Source: Ignavibacteria bacterium
GTDB taxonomy: Bacteria > Bacteroidota > Ignavibacteria > Tepidaquicellales > OLB5
Direction of reading: 5' to 3'
Assembly (NCBI GenBank): GCA_020852705.1
Contig: JADZAP010000030.1
Span: 3,991 to 67,990, forward strand
Length of the DNA stretch: 64,000 nucleotides
In this document: positions 21,167 to 31,785 of the stretch, piece by piece
Position numbering within the stretch: the stretch's first letter is position 1
Layout: every line of letters begins with the position of its first letter
Position numbers and translations under genes: made by a program
Notes under the pieces: generated by a model
What the model saw: only the letters and a program-made list of their open reading frames with translations
What the model was told of the DNA's origin: nothing
The model's database searches: none

Positions 21167-22963
21167 TTATTTTACCAAGCGGAATTCAACTCTGCGGTTA
21201 AGGGCTCTGCCCTCTTCAGTATTGTTTGGGGCTACAGGCATTGACTCACCATAACCCTTGCTAATTATTCTATTGGGTTCAATCCCAATACTAAGAAGAT
21301 AATTTACAACAGAAGCAGCTCTTTTTTCAGAAAGTTCCATATTAAAATGATCACTACCCACATCATCGGTATGTGCACTAATTTCTACCATAACTTCCGG
21401 GTTAGCGTGCATAAACCTGTATAACAGGTTTAATGCTTCGTGTGATTCATCTTTAAGATCAAATTTACCTGAATCAAAGAAAATATTTTCGAGCTTAATG
21501 GCTTTACCGGAGTTTTTAAGTTCTTCAACAGAAATCACACTCATATTTGTTTTTATCTCTTCAAAAGCTTTAGCAGCAGTAAGATCAAGATAATTTACAA
21601 TGGAATAAAATCCTTTTACATCAGCATAATACGCATAATATCTGCCGGTAGGCAGTGCTATAAAATACTCACCTGTAACAGGATCAGTTTTTGCAACACC
21701 AACTTCTTTTTTAAGTTCAACATCCTCCCATTTAATTTGGGCATCAACAGGGTTTCCGTTTTCATCCAGAACTTTTCCGTTTATAGTTACTACATTGCTA
21801 ACCGGTTTCACTTCCTCAGGCAAATCGGCATAATAAATATCTTCTTCCCCAAAGCCTGCATCATTAACAGTGGAAAAGTATGCCCGTTTTCCGTCTGTTG
21901 AAATTTTATAACCCCAGTCTTCATTTGGAGTATTGATTTCTTTTCCAAGATTCACAGGTTTGCTCCACTCAACCCATGAGGTATCACTTAATCTGACAGA
22001 TTTGAAAACATCAGATTTGCCCAAGCCGGGATGACCATCACTTGAAAAGTATAGAGTTTTACCATCGGGGTGAAGAAAGGGAGTACGCTCTGTATAAGGA
22101 GTATTTACAGCAGGTCCAAGATTAATGGCAGTTTTACTCCAAGTTCCATCGGGCATTTTAAGAACAACATACAGATCAGTATTACCCCAAAACATTCCGT
22201 GGAAATAATCACCCTTTTGATGATAATCACCAATACCTCCAGGGCGTTCACTTGAAAAAATAATTGCTTTGCCATCTGCAGTCAGATAAGCATCAGCATC
22301 CCACCATCTTGAATTAATAGGTTCAGGGTACTGCACAACTTCACTGAATCCGGATTTGGTTCTTTCTGAAAAAAATATATCTCCCCTGCCAAGTGCATTC
22401 AGGTAATTGCCAAAGAGAACAAGAGTACTTCCATCTGCAGAAATACTTGAAATATATTCATTACTTTCAGTGTTAATCTTGCCAATAAGGGGCTTAGAAA
22501 TTATCCATCTGTTATTAACATATTGTGAAATAAATATATCTTCACCGCCAATATTATCTTCTCTATCTCTTCCTGTAAAGTATAACCTGCTGCCATCGGG
22601 AGAAATAACAGGGCTGTACTCACGACCAAGTGAATTTATATTGCCGCCCATATTTACAAGTTTAATATTTTTAACCGGAGCATTTAATATTGCAATTATT
22701 TCATCAAACCGTGATTCACTGCCGGGAAACTTTGATTTATTATCTTCATAAATCTTAATTGCCTTAGCCCAATCGTGTTTATAAATAGAAGGGGCTGCAA
22801 GATACTGAAGAGCAATAAATGCATCTTCATCCGGGGCATAAAGTTTTATTAAATTAGAATAATACTCAGGAGTTTCACCTTCATCCACCTGAATTTTTTG
22901 AGAAATAATATTTTGATAAGGAAAAATTAAAAGAGTTAATATAAAAAGAATTAGTTTTTGCAT
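21167..22963 (-). CDS. OmpA-domain protein with TolB-like repeats (tandem paralog of 19343-21112)
   Basis: 598 aa and colinear with its neighbour. Long identical stretches include LHPDGKTLYFSSDGH.GLG..DVFKSVRLSDT.W..WS.PVNLGKE.NT. Ends in NRRVEFRLVK. Confidence 0.8.
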   Translation of the reverse strand: MQKLILFILTLLIFPYQNIISQKIQVDEGETPEYYSNLIKLYAPDEDAFIALQYLAAPSIYKHDWAKAIKIYEDNKSKFPGSESRFDEIIAILNAPVKNIKLVNMGGNINSLGREYSPVISPDGSRLYFTGRDREDNIGGEDIFISQYVNNRWIISKPLIGKINTESNEYISSISADGSTLVLFGNYLNALGRGDIFFSERTKSGFSEVVQYPEPINSRWWDADAYLTADGKAIIFSSERPGGIGDYHQKGDYFHGMFWGNTDLYVVLKMPDGTWSKTAINLGPAVNTPYTERTPFLHPDGKTLYFSSDGHPGLGKSDVFKSVRLSDTSWVEWSKPVNLGKEINTPNEDWGYKISTDGKRAYFSTVNDAGFGEEDIYYADLPEEVKPVSNVVTINGKVLDENGNPVDAQIKWEDVELKKEVGVAKTDPVTGEYFIALPTGRYYAYYADVKGFYSIVNYLDLTAAKAFEEIKTNMSVISVEELKNSGKAIKLENIFFDSGKFDLKDESHEALNLLYRFMHANPEVMVEISAHTDDVGSDHFNMELSEKRAASVVNYLLSIGIEPNRIISKGYGESMPVAPNNTEEGRALNRRVEFRLVK

Positions 22964-23275
22964 ACCTTTAAAAAAGGCATTAGTTATAAAAAAGCAATTA
23001 TTATAATTAATAAGTGCATAGGTTTTTATTAATTTCAGCTTACTTAATGTAAATTATCTAATTTTTTTAATATTAGCAAGATTAATGTAACGTATGTAGT
23101 TAACTAAATTTATAGATTAATACAAATTCAGGGTTTTAACCTAAAACAAATTAAATTTATGTGAAATTTATAAGTTTTTTTTAAATAAATACAAGCATTT
23201 TTAAATAAAATTGAAATATTAAATTAATACAGGATAAATTTTTTGTAATAATTTATAGTTAAAACATTAGAATAT

Positions 23276-24037
23276 TTATCTTGTAAATTGATACATTGCA
23301 ATTGCTGAAGATACCGCAACATTAAGAGATTCAGCATTTGAGTATCCTTCTATTTTGACATTTTGAAATCCTGCATTAAGTATATTTTCATTTATTCCGT
23401 GAGCTTCGCTTCCAAAAACCAGAACTGATTTACCTGTATCTTTCAATTGAGATAATTTTTTATCACAGTTAAGAGTAAACAAAAATATTTTATAACCATG
23501 TGAATATAGACTTTGAAGTTCGGTTAAAAGGTCACAATTTTCAGCAAAATTAATGTTAAAAATACCTCCTTGAGTTGCCCGAATTACTTTAGGGTTATAT
23601 ATATCAGCACAATCATCGCTCAGCAGAATATCCTTAATCCCAAACCACCAAGCAGTCCGTATTATTGTTCCCAAATTTCCGGGATCATTAATTCTATCTA
23701 AAGCCAGAATAATTTTACCTTCAGCTTTTGGTGATTTAACCACGGGAATTTTTACAACACCAATTATACCCTGAGATGATTCAGTTTCGCTTAGCAAATT
23801 AAACTGCTTTTCAGGCAGGGGTTCAACAATAGTTTTATTATTTGAAATTTTTTTTAGAATTGAAGTATGCCCCTGCAAATCTATATCATTACGAAGAATA
23901 ATATATTCCAATTCAAAATTGGATTTTAAGCATTCATCAATGAGATGAAAACCTTCTATAAGGAAGAGTTTATGCTGATGCCTGTATTTTTTATTTTTAA
24001 GCGAAGCAAAAAGCTTTAATTGATTTGCAGAAAGCAC
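23276..24037 (-). CDS. TrmH/SpoU-family RNA 2'-O-methyltransferase
   Basis: 253 aa with a GTG start. The SpoU motifs are present: LDRINDPGNLGTIIRTA, LVFGSEAHGI and SLNVAVSSAIAMY. Confidence 0.8.
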   Translation of the reverse strand: MLSANQLKLFASLKNKKYRHQHKLFLIEGFHLIDECLKSNFELEYIILRNDIDLQGHTSILKKISNNKTIVEPLPEKQFNLLSETESSQGIIGVVKIPVVKSPKAEGKIILALDRINDPGNLGTIIRTAWWFGIKDILLSDDCADIYNPKVIRATQGGIFNINFAENCDLLTELQSLYSHGYKIFLFTLNCDKKLSQLKDTGKSVLVFGSEAHGINENILNAGFQNVKIEGYSNAESLNVAVSSAIAMYQFTR

Positions 24038-24048
24038 TTGCAGGATAA

Positions 24049-24576
24049 TTAATTTTTATAGATGTAAACTTTATTATAATCAGGGATAAAAAATCCATTC
24101 CCTTTAAAGCCATTTTCTCTTAACTTTTTCTGCAGAAATGTCATAACAAACCCATGACTTATAACAAGCACATCACAATTATTTTCTGAAAGCATTTTAT
24201 CCAGAAAAGCTGAAAGTTTCTTTTCGAACTCATGTGTGATATGGTTTTTTTTCGTAGATTTAATTTTCAGCATCAATCCCCACAACAGGAACGGTTTGGG
24301 GCTAGTTCCCTTTAATACGGGAAGTACATCCAGCTCCTTAAGGTCATCTAGAACTGTAATTTCACCTTTATAAACAGACTTAGCAGTAATTTCAGAACGC
24401 AGTAAAGGGCTTGCATAGCATTTATTCCAGTCACCGCCGCTTAAATCAATTTTTTTTACAACAACATCAGCAGTTCCGTATTTTACATACCATTCAAACA
24501 CCTCATTATAGCTTAAAAGCAGCTTTTTAGGATATTTGAGATTAACTTTAAAATGTCTAATTAATCCTATTTTCAA
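24049..24576 (-). CDS. histidine phosphatase (phosphoglycerate mutase) family protein
   Basis: 175 aa. The N-terminal IGLIRHF is an RHG-type motif, and a later VISHGFV histidine is present. TTG start. Confidence 0.6.
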   Translation of the reverse strand: MKIGLIRHFKVNLKYPKKLLLSYNEVFEWYVKYGTADVVVKKIDLSGGDWNKCYASPLLRSEITAKSVYKGEITVLDDLKELDVLPVLKGTSPKPFLLWGLMLKIKSTKKNHITHEFEKKLSAFLDKMLSENNCDVLVISHGFVMTFLQKKLRENGFKGNGFFIPDYNKVYIYKN

Positions 24577-24587
24577 ATGAGCTAATA

Positions 24588-25217
24588 TTACTTTCCAATA
24601 AGCTTCAGAAATTCAGTCCTTGTTTTTTCATCACTTTTAAAACGTCCAAGCATTGCACTTGCAGTAGCAATTGAGTTCTGTTTTTCTACACCGCGCATCA
24701 TCATGCAAAGGTGTGAAGCTTCGGTTACAACGCCAACACCTTTTGGTTCAAGAACTTTATTTATCATATCGCCAATCTCTCTTGTCATACGCTCCTGCAC
24801 CTGCAGCCTTCGGCTGAACATTTCTACCATTCTGGGAAGTTTGCTTAACCCGACAATTTTACCATTTGGAATATAAGCAATATGGCATTTGCCAAAAAAA
24901 GGCAAAAGGTGATGCTCGCATAAGCTGTAAAAATCTATATCCTTAACAATTACCATTTCATCATAATGCTCATTGAATACTGCATTGTTAAGAATTTTTT
25001 CAATATCTTCACCATATCCTTTTGTTAAGAATTTATATGCTTTGGCAACTCTTTTTGGGGTACTCAAAAGTCCTTCACGGTTAGGGTCTTCACCAATTTC
25101 AGAAAGAATAGTAACAATGCTCTTTTCAATCTTTTTTAAAGATTCACCGTTATAGCTTACGCTTATGATATTGTTATCAGAATCTTCATTTATTTTAACT
25201 TTTTTAGTATCCGTCAT
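24588..25217 (-). CDS. folE: GTP cyclohydrolase I
   Basis: 209 aa. Contains [18 protein letters not shown] ... [20 protein letters not shown] ... [11 protein letters not shown]. Confidence 0.93.
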   Translation of the reverse strand: MTDTKKVKINEDSDNNIISVSYNGESLKKIEKSIVTILSEIGEDPNREGLLSTPKRVAKAYKFLTKGYGEDIEKILNNAVFNEHYDEMVIVKDIDFYSLCEHHLLPFFGKCHIAYIPNGKIVGLSKLPRMVEMFSRRLQVQERMTREIGDMINKVLEPKGVGVVTEASHLCMMMRGVEKQNSIATASAMLGRFKSDEKTRTEFLKLIGK

Positions 25218-25219
25218 AA

Positions 25220-25636
25220 TTAATCTTCCCCCGTGTATTCAACGGAATTATTAATTGTTTCCCTGATTTTTATTGAATGCAATTTTCTGTTTTTATTATT
25301 GATCAGACTTTCCAATTCATCCCATATTGCCTTTGCAATATTTTCAGTTGAAGGCAAAATACCCGACATAAAGTCAACATCAAGATTAAGGTTCTTATGG
25401 TCAACCTTGCTTATTACGCTGCTTTCGACAATATTTTTAAGCTCGCTTAGGTCCATAACGTAGCCGGTTTCATTATTAATTTTTCCGGCTACAGTAATTT
25501 CCATTTCGTAATTGTGTCCGTGCCCGTTTGGGTTTGAACATTTGCCGTAGAGTTTAAAATTTTCATCATCACTTAATGCAGGATTGTAAACTCTGTGTGA
25601 AGCGCTGAAATGGAATTTTCTGGTAATATATAGCAA
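25220..25636 (-). CDS. queD: 6-carboxy-5,6,7,8-tetrahydropterin synthase / 6-pyruvoyl-tetrahydropterin synthase family
   Basis: 138 aa. Contains FSASHR ... [17 protein letters not shown] ... LDHKNLN-like (VDHKNLNLD). TTG start. Confidence 0.85.
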   Translation of the reverse strand: MLYITRKFHFSASHRVYNPALSDDENFKLYGKCSNPNGHGHNYEMEITVAGKINNETGYVMDLSELKNIVESSVISKVDHKNLNLDVDFMSGILPSTENIAKAIWDELESLINNKNRKLHSIKIRETINNSVEYTGED

Positions 25637-25638
25637 AC

Positions 25639-26532
25639 TTATGTTTTTAATAGATTTAAAACTGACCTATAATGATAAAATATATATAATATTAATAATA
25701 AGTTCATCAATATTAAATTCACAAAAAAATAATAATAAAATGTGCCCGCTAAGGCAGAAATACAAATTAAAAATATATGCGTACCAATTGAAAGTGAGCT
25801 TGCCATAGTTAAAAATGGCTTATTAGTGTACCATATAGTTTCTAAGTTTTGCTTAGCAAGTATTGAATTAGATGGGGTTTTAGGACTTATTTTTTTTAAC
25901 AGGTATTTATCAATTTTATAAAATAATTTATCCTGCCAGCCATATATTACAAGAAAAATCCTTTGCAGAAATGTTGTCCATTTATCCTGAATTAATAAAT
26001 CATCATCAGTAATTTTTTCATTTAATCGGTTCACGGTAGACTTGCCTGAAATAATAATAAATGATACCTGATAATAAATAAAGAAAGAACACTGAAGCAT
26101 GGAAATAATCATTGCTGAATAACCGATTATAAATGCTAAAGGGCTAAGCAATTTAATATAAAGCCAGTAAGAAATTGCAGAAAAACTTGTAAAGGTAACA
26201 ATAAAATCACTAATTGAATCATAAAACCTTCCTCTTCTTGAATCAAGAGCTTTGGCTCTTGCAAGTGAACCATCAACTTTATCAAGTACATTTTTATAGA
26301 AAAGCAGAATTGCTCCGCATATAACAATTATGTAATTTGAATTTATTATCATAAATGAAGCAGCAATCCCTAATATCATTGAAAGCAGAATAACCTGATG
26401 AGGTGTAACCTTTGTATAATAAAAAAATCTTGTAATAGGTTTTGAAGTTATAAATAAGTATTGCTGAAGGTTTAAGAATGAGTTTTCGGGTTTAGTTTTA
26501 AGAGTTGATTCAAATTTAAAATCTTCAGCCAT
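25639..26532 (-). CDS. CDP-alcohol phosphatidyltransferase-family membrane protein
   Basis: 297 aa and polytopic. The D-x2-D-G-x2-A-R...D-x3-D-like motif is present as LDKVDGSLARA...FYDSISD. Confidence 0.65.
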   Translation of the reverse strand: MAEDFKFESTLKTKPENSFLNLQQYLFITSKPITRFFYYTKVTPHQVILLSMILGIAASFMIINSNYIIVICGAILLFYKNVLDKVDGSLARAKALDSRRGRFYDSISDFIVTFTSFSAISYWLYIKLLSPLAFIIGYSAMIISMLQCSFFIYYQVSFIIISGKSTVNRLNEKITDDDLLIQDKWTTFLQRIFLVIYGWQDKLFYKIDKYLLKKISPKTPSNSILAKQNLETIWYTNKPFLTMASSLSIGTHIFLICISALAGTFYYYFFVNLILMNLLLILYIFYHYRSVLNLLKT

Positions 26533-26535
26533 AAA

Positions 26536-27153
26536 TTAAAATTTAAGCTGAATATTATACTTAATAGAAATAACCCTGAGAATAAATGCTGTTGCAATAC
26601 ACCCTGAAACCGGAATAACAGATGTTGATGAAGAAAATTCAGCCAATAATACAAACACTAAAGAGCCAACAAATGAACAGGTTGCATAAAGCTGAGACTG
26701 CTTGAAAAATACAGGAACTTCATTGCAGATAATATCTCTTAGAACCCCGCCAAAAACACCTGTTACAACTCCAATAAGAACAGCATTAAACCAAAACACT
26801 CCGGAATTTAAAGCATAGCTTGTGCCTGCGGCACTAAAAAGTCCCAACCCCATTGCGTCAAGCACTCCAAGCACTATAATTAACTTATTTGAAATTTGTA
26901 AAGATCGGCGCAAAATAAAAATAGAAAATACCGAAAGTATTAAAATGAGCACGGGGTAAATGTAATTCTTAATCCAAAACATGGGATAATTATCAAGCAA
27001 AATATCTCTAATTGTACCTCCTCCAAAGGCAGTAACCATAGCTACAGAATATGTGCCTATAATATCCATTTGTTTCCTGCGTGCCTCTATTATTCCGGTG
27101 ATAGCAAATGCAAATATCCCAAGTATTTCTATGGTTTTTAATAATGCATCCAT
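26536..27153 (-). CDS. TRIC / UPF0126 (YadS-like) cation-channel family membrane protein
   Basis: 205 aa with two internal repeats, each carrying GGG(T/V)(I/L)RD (FGGGTIRDIL, FGGVLRDII). Confidence 0.75.
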   Translation of the reverse strand: MDALLKTIEILGIFAFAITGIIEARRKQMDIIGTYSVAMVTAFGGGTIRDILLDNYPMFWIKNYIYPVLILILSVFSIFILRRSLQISNKLIIVLGVLDAMGLGLFSAAGTSYALNSGVFWFNAVLIGVVTGVFGGVLRDIICNEVPVFFKQSQLYATCSFVGSLVFVLLAEFSSSTSVIPVSGCIATAFILRVISIKYNIQLKF

Positions 27154-27295
27154 TCAGCTAATATTGAGTAATGATAAATAAGTTTAAAAGTACTTAATTG
27201 ATGTTGGTATTTACTTTAAGTTGACAGGTATTTTATACTGATTTAACAAAGGAATTAATAATTATTAAATGAAGAAATTTAAAAATTAACAGTTG

Positions 27296-27367
27296 TACTC
27301 CCGGAAGGACTCGAACCCTCACCGGCAGGACCGGAACCTGACGTGCTATCCATTACACTACGGGAGC
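27296..27367 (-). tRNA. tRNA-Arg (anticodon CCG), 72 nt, no encoded CCA
   Basis: Folded by hand as GCTCCCG-TA-GTGT-AATGGATA-GCAC-G-TCAGG-TTCCGGT-CCTGC-CGGT-GAGGG-TTCGAGT-CCTTC-CGGGAGT-A. The 1:72 pair is G-U. Confidence 0.85.
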
Positions 27368-27570
27368 ATTAACAACAAATACAAATTTAATGAAAAGTTT
27401 GCGATTAATTAATTGCATTATAAATGGATGAAATTTTAATTTTAAGTTCATCTGCATTATAATCTTTATATAATTATGAAATTTTGGTATATACTTATTT
27501 CATTGTAATAAATTTTTACTGAAATTATCTTTACTTATTCTGAAATTTTATTTTGAGTTAAAACAACACC

Positions 27571-28440
27571 ATGAAGGGAATAATTTTAGCAGGCGGTGCA
27601 GGTTCAAGAATGTACCCCATAAGCCAGCTTTACAGCAAACAATTAACCTTAATATATGATAAACCACTAATTTACTATCCGCTTTCTATTTTAATGCTTG
27701 GGGGGATTCAGGATATACTAATTATTTCAAATGAAGAAACCATACCTTTTTACAAGAAATTATTCAGAGACGGAAAACATTTAGGGCTTAATATTGAATA
27801 TACCTTACAGTCAGCACCAAACGGCATAGCAGAATCATTTATATTAGGCGATAAGTTTATTGGTAATGACAGCGTTACATTAATATTAGGTGATAATATT
27901 TTTTACGGCACATTAGATTTTTTTCAGCGTGCACTTGAACGCAAAAAGGGTGCAACAGTGTTTGGATATCGGGTTACAGATCCCGAGCGTTACGGAATTG
28001 TTGAGTTTGATGAAAACGGAAAAGCAATTTCTATTGAAGAAAAACCGCAGAAACCTAAATCTGATTTTGCGGTACCCGGTTTATATGTTTACGATAACAA
28101 TGTTGTTGAAATTTCTAAAAACCTTAAACCATCACCAAGGGGAGAACTTGAAATAACAGATGTGAATATGGAATATTTAAAAAGAGGTGAACTGAATGTT
28201 GAAAAAATAAGCCGCGGTGTAGCATGGCTTGATACAGGAACACCGGAGTCATTATTGCAGGCATCAAACTTTTTTGGTGCAATTGAAGACAGGCAGGGAT
28301 TAAAGGTAGCATGTCTTGAAGAAATTGCCTTACACATGGAATTTATAAATTTAACTGAGTTTGAAACAGTAACTAACAATATGCCTAAATGTGCATATAA
28401 AGAATATCTTAATAAGATATTACAAGACAGGATTAAATAA
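27571..28440 (+). CDS. rfbA: glucose-1-phosphate thymidylyltransferase
   Basis: 289 aa. Contains MKGIILAGGAGSRMYPI...KQL..IYDKPLIYYPLS and the C-terminal VAWLDTGT. Confidence 0.93.
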   Translation: MKGIILAGGAGSRMYPISQLYSKQLTLIYDKPLIYYPLSILMLGGIQDILIISNEETIPFYKKLFRDGKHLGLNIEYTLQSAPNGIAESFILGDKFIGNDSVTLILGDNIFYGTLDFFQRALERKKGATVFGYRVTDPERYGIVEFDENGKAISIEEKPQKPKSDFAVPGLYVYDNNVVEISKNLKPSPRGELEITDVNMEYLKRGELNVEKISRGVAWLDTGTPESLLQASNFFGAIEDRQGLKVACLEEIALHMEFINLTEFETVTNNMPKCAYKEYLNKILQDRIK

Positions 28441-28446
28441 GCTTTT

Positions 28447-28995
28447 ATGAAAGTTCAGGAAACTAAGGTAAAGGATGTTTTAATTATTACCCCTGCAGTT
28501 TTTAGTGATGACCGCGGATATTTTTTTGAATCTTTTAAACTAAAATTATTTGCTGAGCGCGGATTAAATTTTGAGTTTGTACAGGATAATATCTCCAGCT
28601 CAAAAAAAAATACAATCAGAGGGTTACATTACCAGATTGGTGAATACGCACAGGGTAAACTTTGCCAGGTTGTGTACGGCAGGGTTTTAGATGTAGCAGT
28701 TGATATAAGATTTGGCTCACCAACATTTGGAAAATATATAGCCACTGAGCTTTCAGAAATAAATCATGAGCAGCTTTGGATACCGCCGGGATTTGCTCAT
28801 GGCTTTTCAGTGCTTTCTGAAACAGCAATTTTTCATTACAAATGTACAAACTATTATAACAAAGCAAGCGAGCGTGCTATAATTTATAATGATAGTGAAC
28901 TGAATATAGACTGGAATGTTAAAGATCCATTGGTTTCAGCTAAGGATTTAGAGGCATGCTGTTTTAAAGATATTGAGAAGGATTTTAAATATTAA
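28447..28995 (+). CDS. rfbC: dTDP-4-dehydrorhamnose 3,5-epimerase
   Basis: 182 aa. Contains FSDDRGYFFESF ... QDNISSSKKNTIRGLHYQ ... KLCQVVYGRVLDVAVDIR ... IPPGFAHGF. Confidence 0.93.
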   Translation: MKVQETKVKDVLIITPAVFSDDRGYFFESFKLKLFAERGLNFEFVQDNISSSKKNTIRGLHYQIGEYAQGKLCQVVYGRVLDVAVDIRFGSPTFGKYIATELSEINHEQLWIPPGFAHGFSVLSETAIFHYKCTNYYNKASERAIIYNDSELNIDWNVKDPLVSAKDLEACCFKDIEKDFKY

Positions 28996-29089
28996 ATTAT
29001 ATTTTTGATTTTTTAATATTTAGGTTAATACATAAATATTTAATTTAGATAAAAATAATTAACCCTTATTAATTAAGATATTTTAAAAT

Positions 29090-31570
29090 ATGAAAGAAAA
29101 TAACAAATCAATTTTTTTTACAGATGGAGCTAAAGTAAAACAAAGCTCATTAATTACACAATTTGCCGAAAGACTTGAGTACGACCTGGTTAAAGACAGA
29201 AAAACTGTTACAAATCATGATATACTCGAGGCAATTGCATTGGCAGTAAGAGAACGGCTGACAAGAAACTGGTTAAGAACTCAAAATGAATATAATGCTA
29301 ATAATGTAAAAAGAGTGAATTATCTTTCATTGGAGTTCCTTATGGGAAGCCTGCTTGGAAATTCATTGATCAATTTGGGATTGTATGAAGATGTAAGTAA
29401 ACTGTTAGAGGGATTTGGATATAACCTTGATAAAATTATGCGGGAAGAACCTGATATGGGACTTGGCAACGGAGGACTTGGCAGACTTGCTGCCTGCTAT
29501 ATGGAATCACTTGCAACATTAGAACTTCCTGCATACGGATACGGTATTCTTTATGAATACGGAATTTTTGAGCAGGATATAGAGAACGGATACCAGATAG
29601 AAAAGCCCGATCATTGGCTTAGATACGGTAATCCATGGAAAATACTAAGACCAGAATTTACATATACTGTTAAATTCAATGGTAACGTTTCAACATATTT
29701 TGATGAAAGAGGGAATACCCGTTATAAATGGGAAAATACTGATGATGTACTGGCAATTGCAAATGATGTACCAATACCCGGTTTTCAGAACAGAACAGTA
29801 AATACCTTGCGGCTTTGGCAGGCAAAATCAACCAACGAGTTTAATCTCAGTAATTTTAATCAGGGAAACTATTTAAGTGCAGTTGAAAATAAAAATCTTT
29901 CAGAAACTATTTCAAAGGTTTTATATCCAAATGATTCAATACCTCAAGGCAAAATATTAAGACTGCGTCAGCAGTATTTTTTTGTTTCTGCAACACTGCA
30001 GGATATACTGTATAATTTTAAACTTCACAACACTGATTTTAAACTGCTGCCTGAAAAATCTGCTATTCAGCTGAATGATACTCACCCTGCTATTGCAATA
30101 CCTGATCTGATGCGGATTTTAATGGATGAAGAAGACCTTGAATGGGATGAAGCATGGGATATTACCACTAAGGTATTTGGATATACAAATCATACAATTG
30201 TGCCGGAGGCACTGGAAGTATGGTCAGAAAGTCTTATGGGTTCACTTTTACCAAGGCATTTGCAGATTATTGAAGAAATAAACCGTAGGTTTATAAATGA
30301 AGTAAAAGAAAAAAATATTACAGATGACACAGTAATTTCAAGAATGTCAATTATAAGCGACAGCTCACAGGGTAAAAATATAAAAATGGCAAATCTTGCA
30401 ATAATAGGAAGCCATTCAACAAACGGAGTTGCAGAACTGCATACAGAGATTTTAAAAAAATATATTTTCCCAAATCTGAATAATTATTACCCGGGCAAGT
30501 TCAATAATAAGACCAACGGAATTTCAATAAGAAGATTCATTTTGCAGGCAAATCCTGAGCTAAGTGAGCTTATTACTTCAAAAATTGGCAGCAAATGGAT
30601 TACAGACCTTAGTGAATTAAGAAAAATTGAGGAATTTGCTGAAGATGAAAAATTCCGCCATAAATGGCGTCATATAAAAAACAATAATAAATTAAGACTT
30701 ATTGAATACATCACAAACAAACATGATCTTGGTATAAATCCGGATTCAATATTTGACTCACAGGTAAAAAGATTCCACGAGTATAAAAGACAGTTATTAA
30801 ATATTATGCATATAATTTCACTTTATAACAGGATAAAGAATGAACCAGGTGAAATTACTATACCCCGAACAGCTATATTTGGCGGCAAAGCCGCACCAAG
30901 TTATGCAATGGCAAAACTTATAATTAAGCTGATAAATTCTGTTGCTGAGCATGTAAACAACGACCCGGAAATTGGCAACAAACTAAAAATTTTGTTTATA
31001 AAGAATTATGGTGTAACATTAGCCGAAAAAATAATACCCGCAAGTGATCTTTCGGAACAGATTTCAACTGCTGGTTTTGAAGCTTCCGGTACGGGCAACA
31101 TGAAATTTGCACTTAACGGTGCAGTAACAATTGGAACACTTGACGGAGCTAATGTTGAAATTAAAAATGAGGTAGGCGATGATAATATTTTTATATTTGG
31201 TATGACTGCTGATGAAATAATGGATGCCCGCAGGAACGGTTATACCCCAATGAAATATTATGAATCTAACCCTGAGCTAAAACTGATAATTGATATGCTG
31301 AATTCAAATTATTTTAATAAACATGAACCGGGTATATTTGATCAGATTGTAAATGAGCTGCTTTACCGTGACTATTATTTTGTGATGAAGGATTATGAAG
31401 CTTATTCAACAGCTCAAAAAAGGGTTGAACTTGCTTATATGAATACTGAGATGTGGACTAAAATGTCTATTATTAACACAGCACGAATGGAAAAATTTTC
31501 GGGTGACCGCGCTATAATGGAATACTCAAAAGATATATGGCATATAGAACCTGTTAAAATTAATAAATAA
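29090..31570 (+). CDS. glgP: glycogen/alpha-glucan phosphorylase
   Basis: 826 aa. Contains GLGNGGLGRLAAC, NDTHPA, and the PLP-lysine region EASGTGNMKFALNGA. Confidence 0.95.
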   Translation: MKENNKSIFFTDGAKVKQSSLITQFAERLEYDLVKDRKTVTNHDILEAIALAVRERLTRNWLRTQNEYNANNVKRVNYLSLEFLMGSLLGNSLINLGLYEDVSKLLEGFGYNLDKIMREEPDMGLGNGGLGRLAACYMESLATLELPAYGYGILYEYGIFEQDIENGYQIEKPDHWLRYGNPWKILRPEFTYTVKFNGNVSTYFDERGNTRYKWENTDDVLAIANDVPIPGFQNRTVNTLRLWQAKSTNEFNLSNFNQGNYLSAVENKNLSETISKVLYPNDSIPQGKILRLRQQYFFVSATLQDILYNFKLHNTDFKLLPEKSAIQLNDTHPAIAIPDLMRILMDEEDLEWDEAWDITTKVFGYTNHTIVPEALEVWSESLMGSLLPRHLQIIEEINRRFINEVKEKNITDDTVISRMSIISDSSQGKNIKMANLAIIGSHSTNGVAELHTEILKKYIFPNLNNYYPGKFNNKTNGISIRRFILQANPELSELITSKIGSKWITDLSELRKIEEFAEDEKFRHKWRHIKNNNKLRLIEYITNKHDLGINPDSIFDSQVKRFHEYKRQLLNIMHIISLYNRIKNEPGEITIPRTAIFGGKAAPSYAMAKLIIKLINSVAEHVNNDPEIGNKLKILFIKNYGVTLAEKIIPASDLSEQISTAGFEASGTGNMKFALNGAVTIGTLDGANVEIKNEVGDDNIFIFGMTADEIMDARRNGYTPMKYYESNPELKLIIDMLNSNYFNKHEPGIFDQIVNELLYRDYYFVMKDYEAYSTAQKRVELAYMNTEMWTKMSIINTARMEKFSGDRAIMEYSKDIWHIEPVKINK

Positions 31571-31785
31571 TTTTACTTCTTCATTCATTTTATTACAAAT
31601 CAAAATTTAAGCAGTTCTTATTTAAGATATTTACAAATTTAAAATTCATATTTTTTTATTCACTTATATCATTGTATTATCAGATATTTGAAATAGTTTA
31701 TTTTTTACATTGTGAATTTAACGGTTAAAAATCTTGTTATTAATTATGTAATAAGGAATTTCACATAACAGAAAGGGTTTATAAA

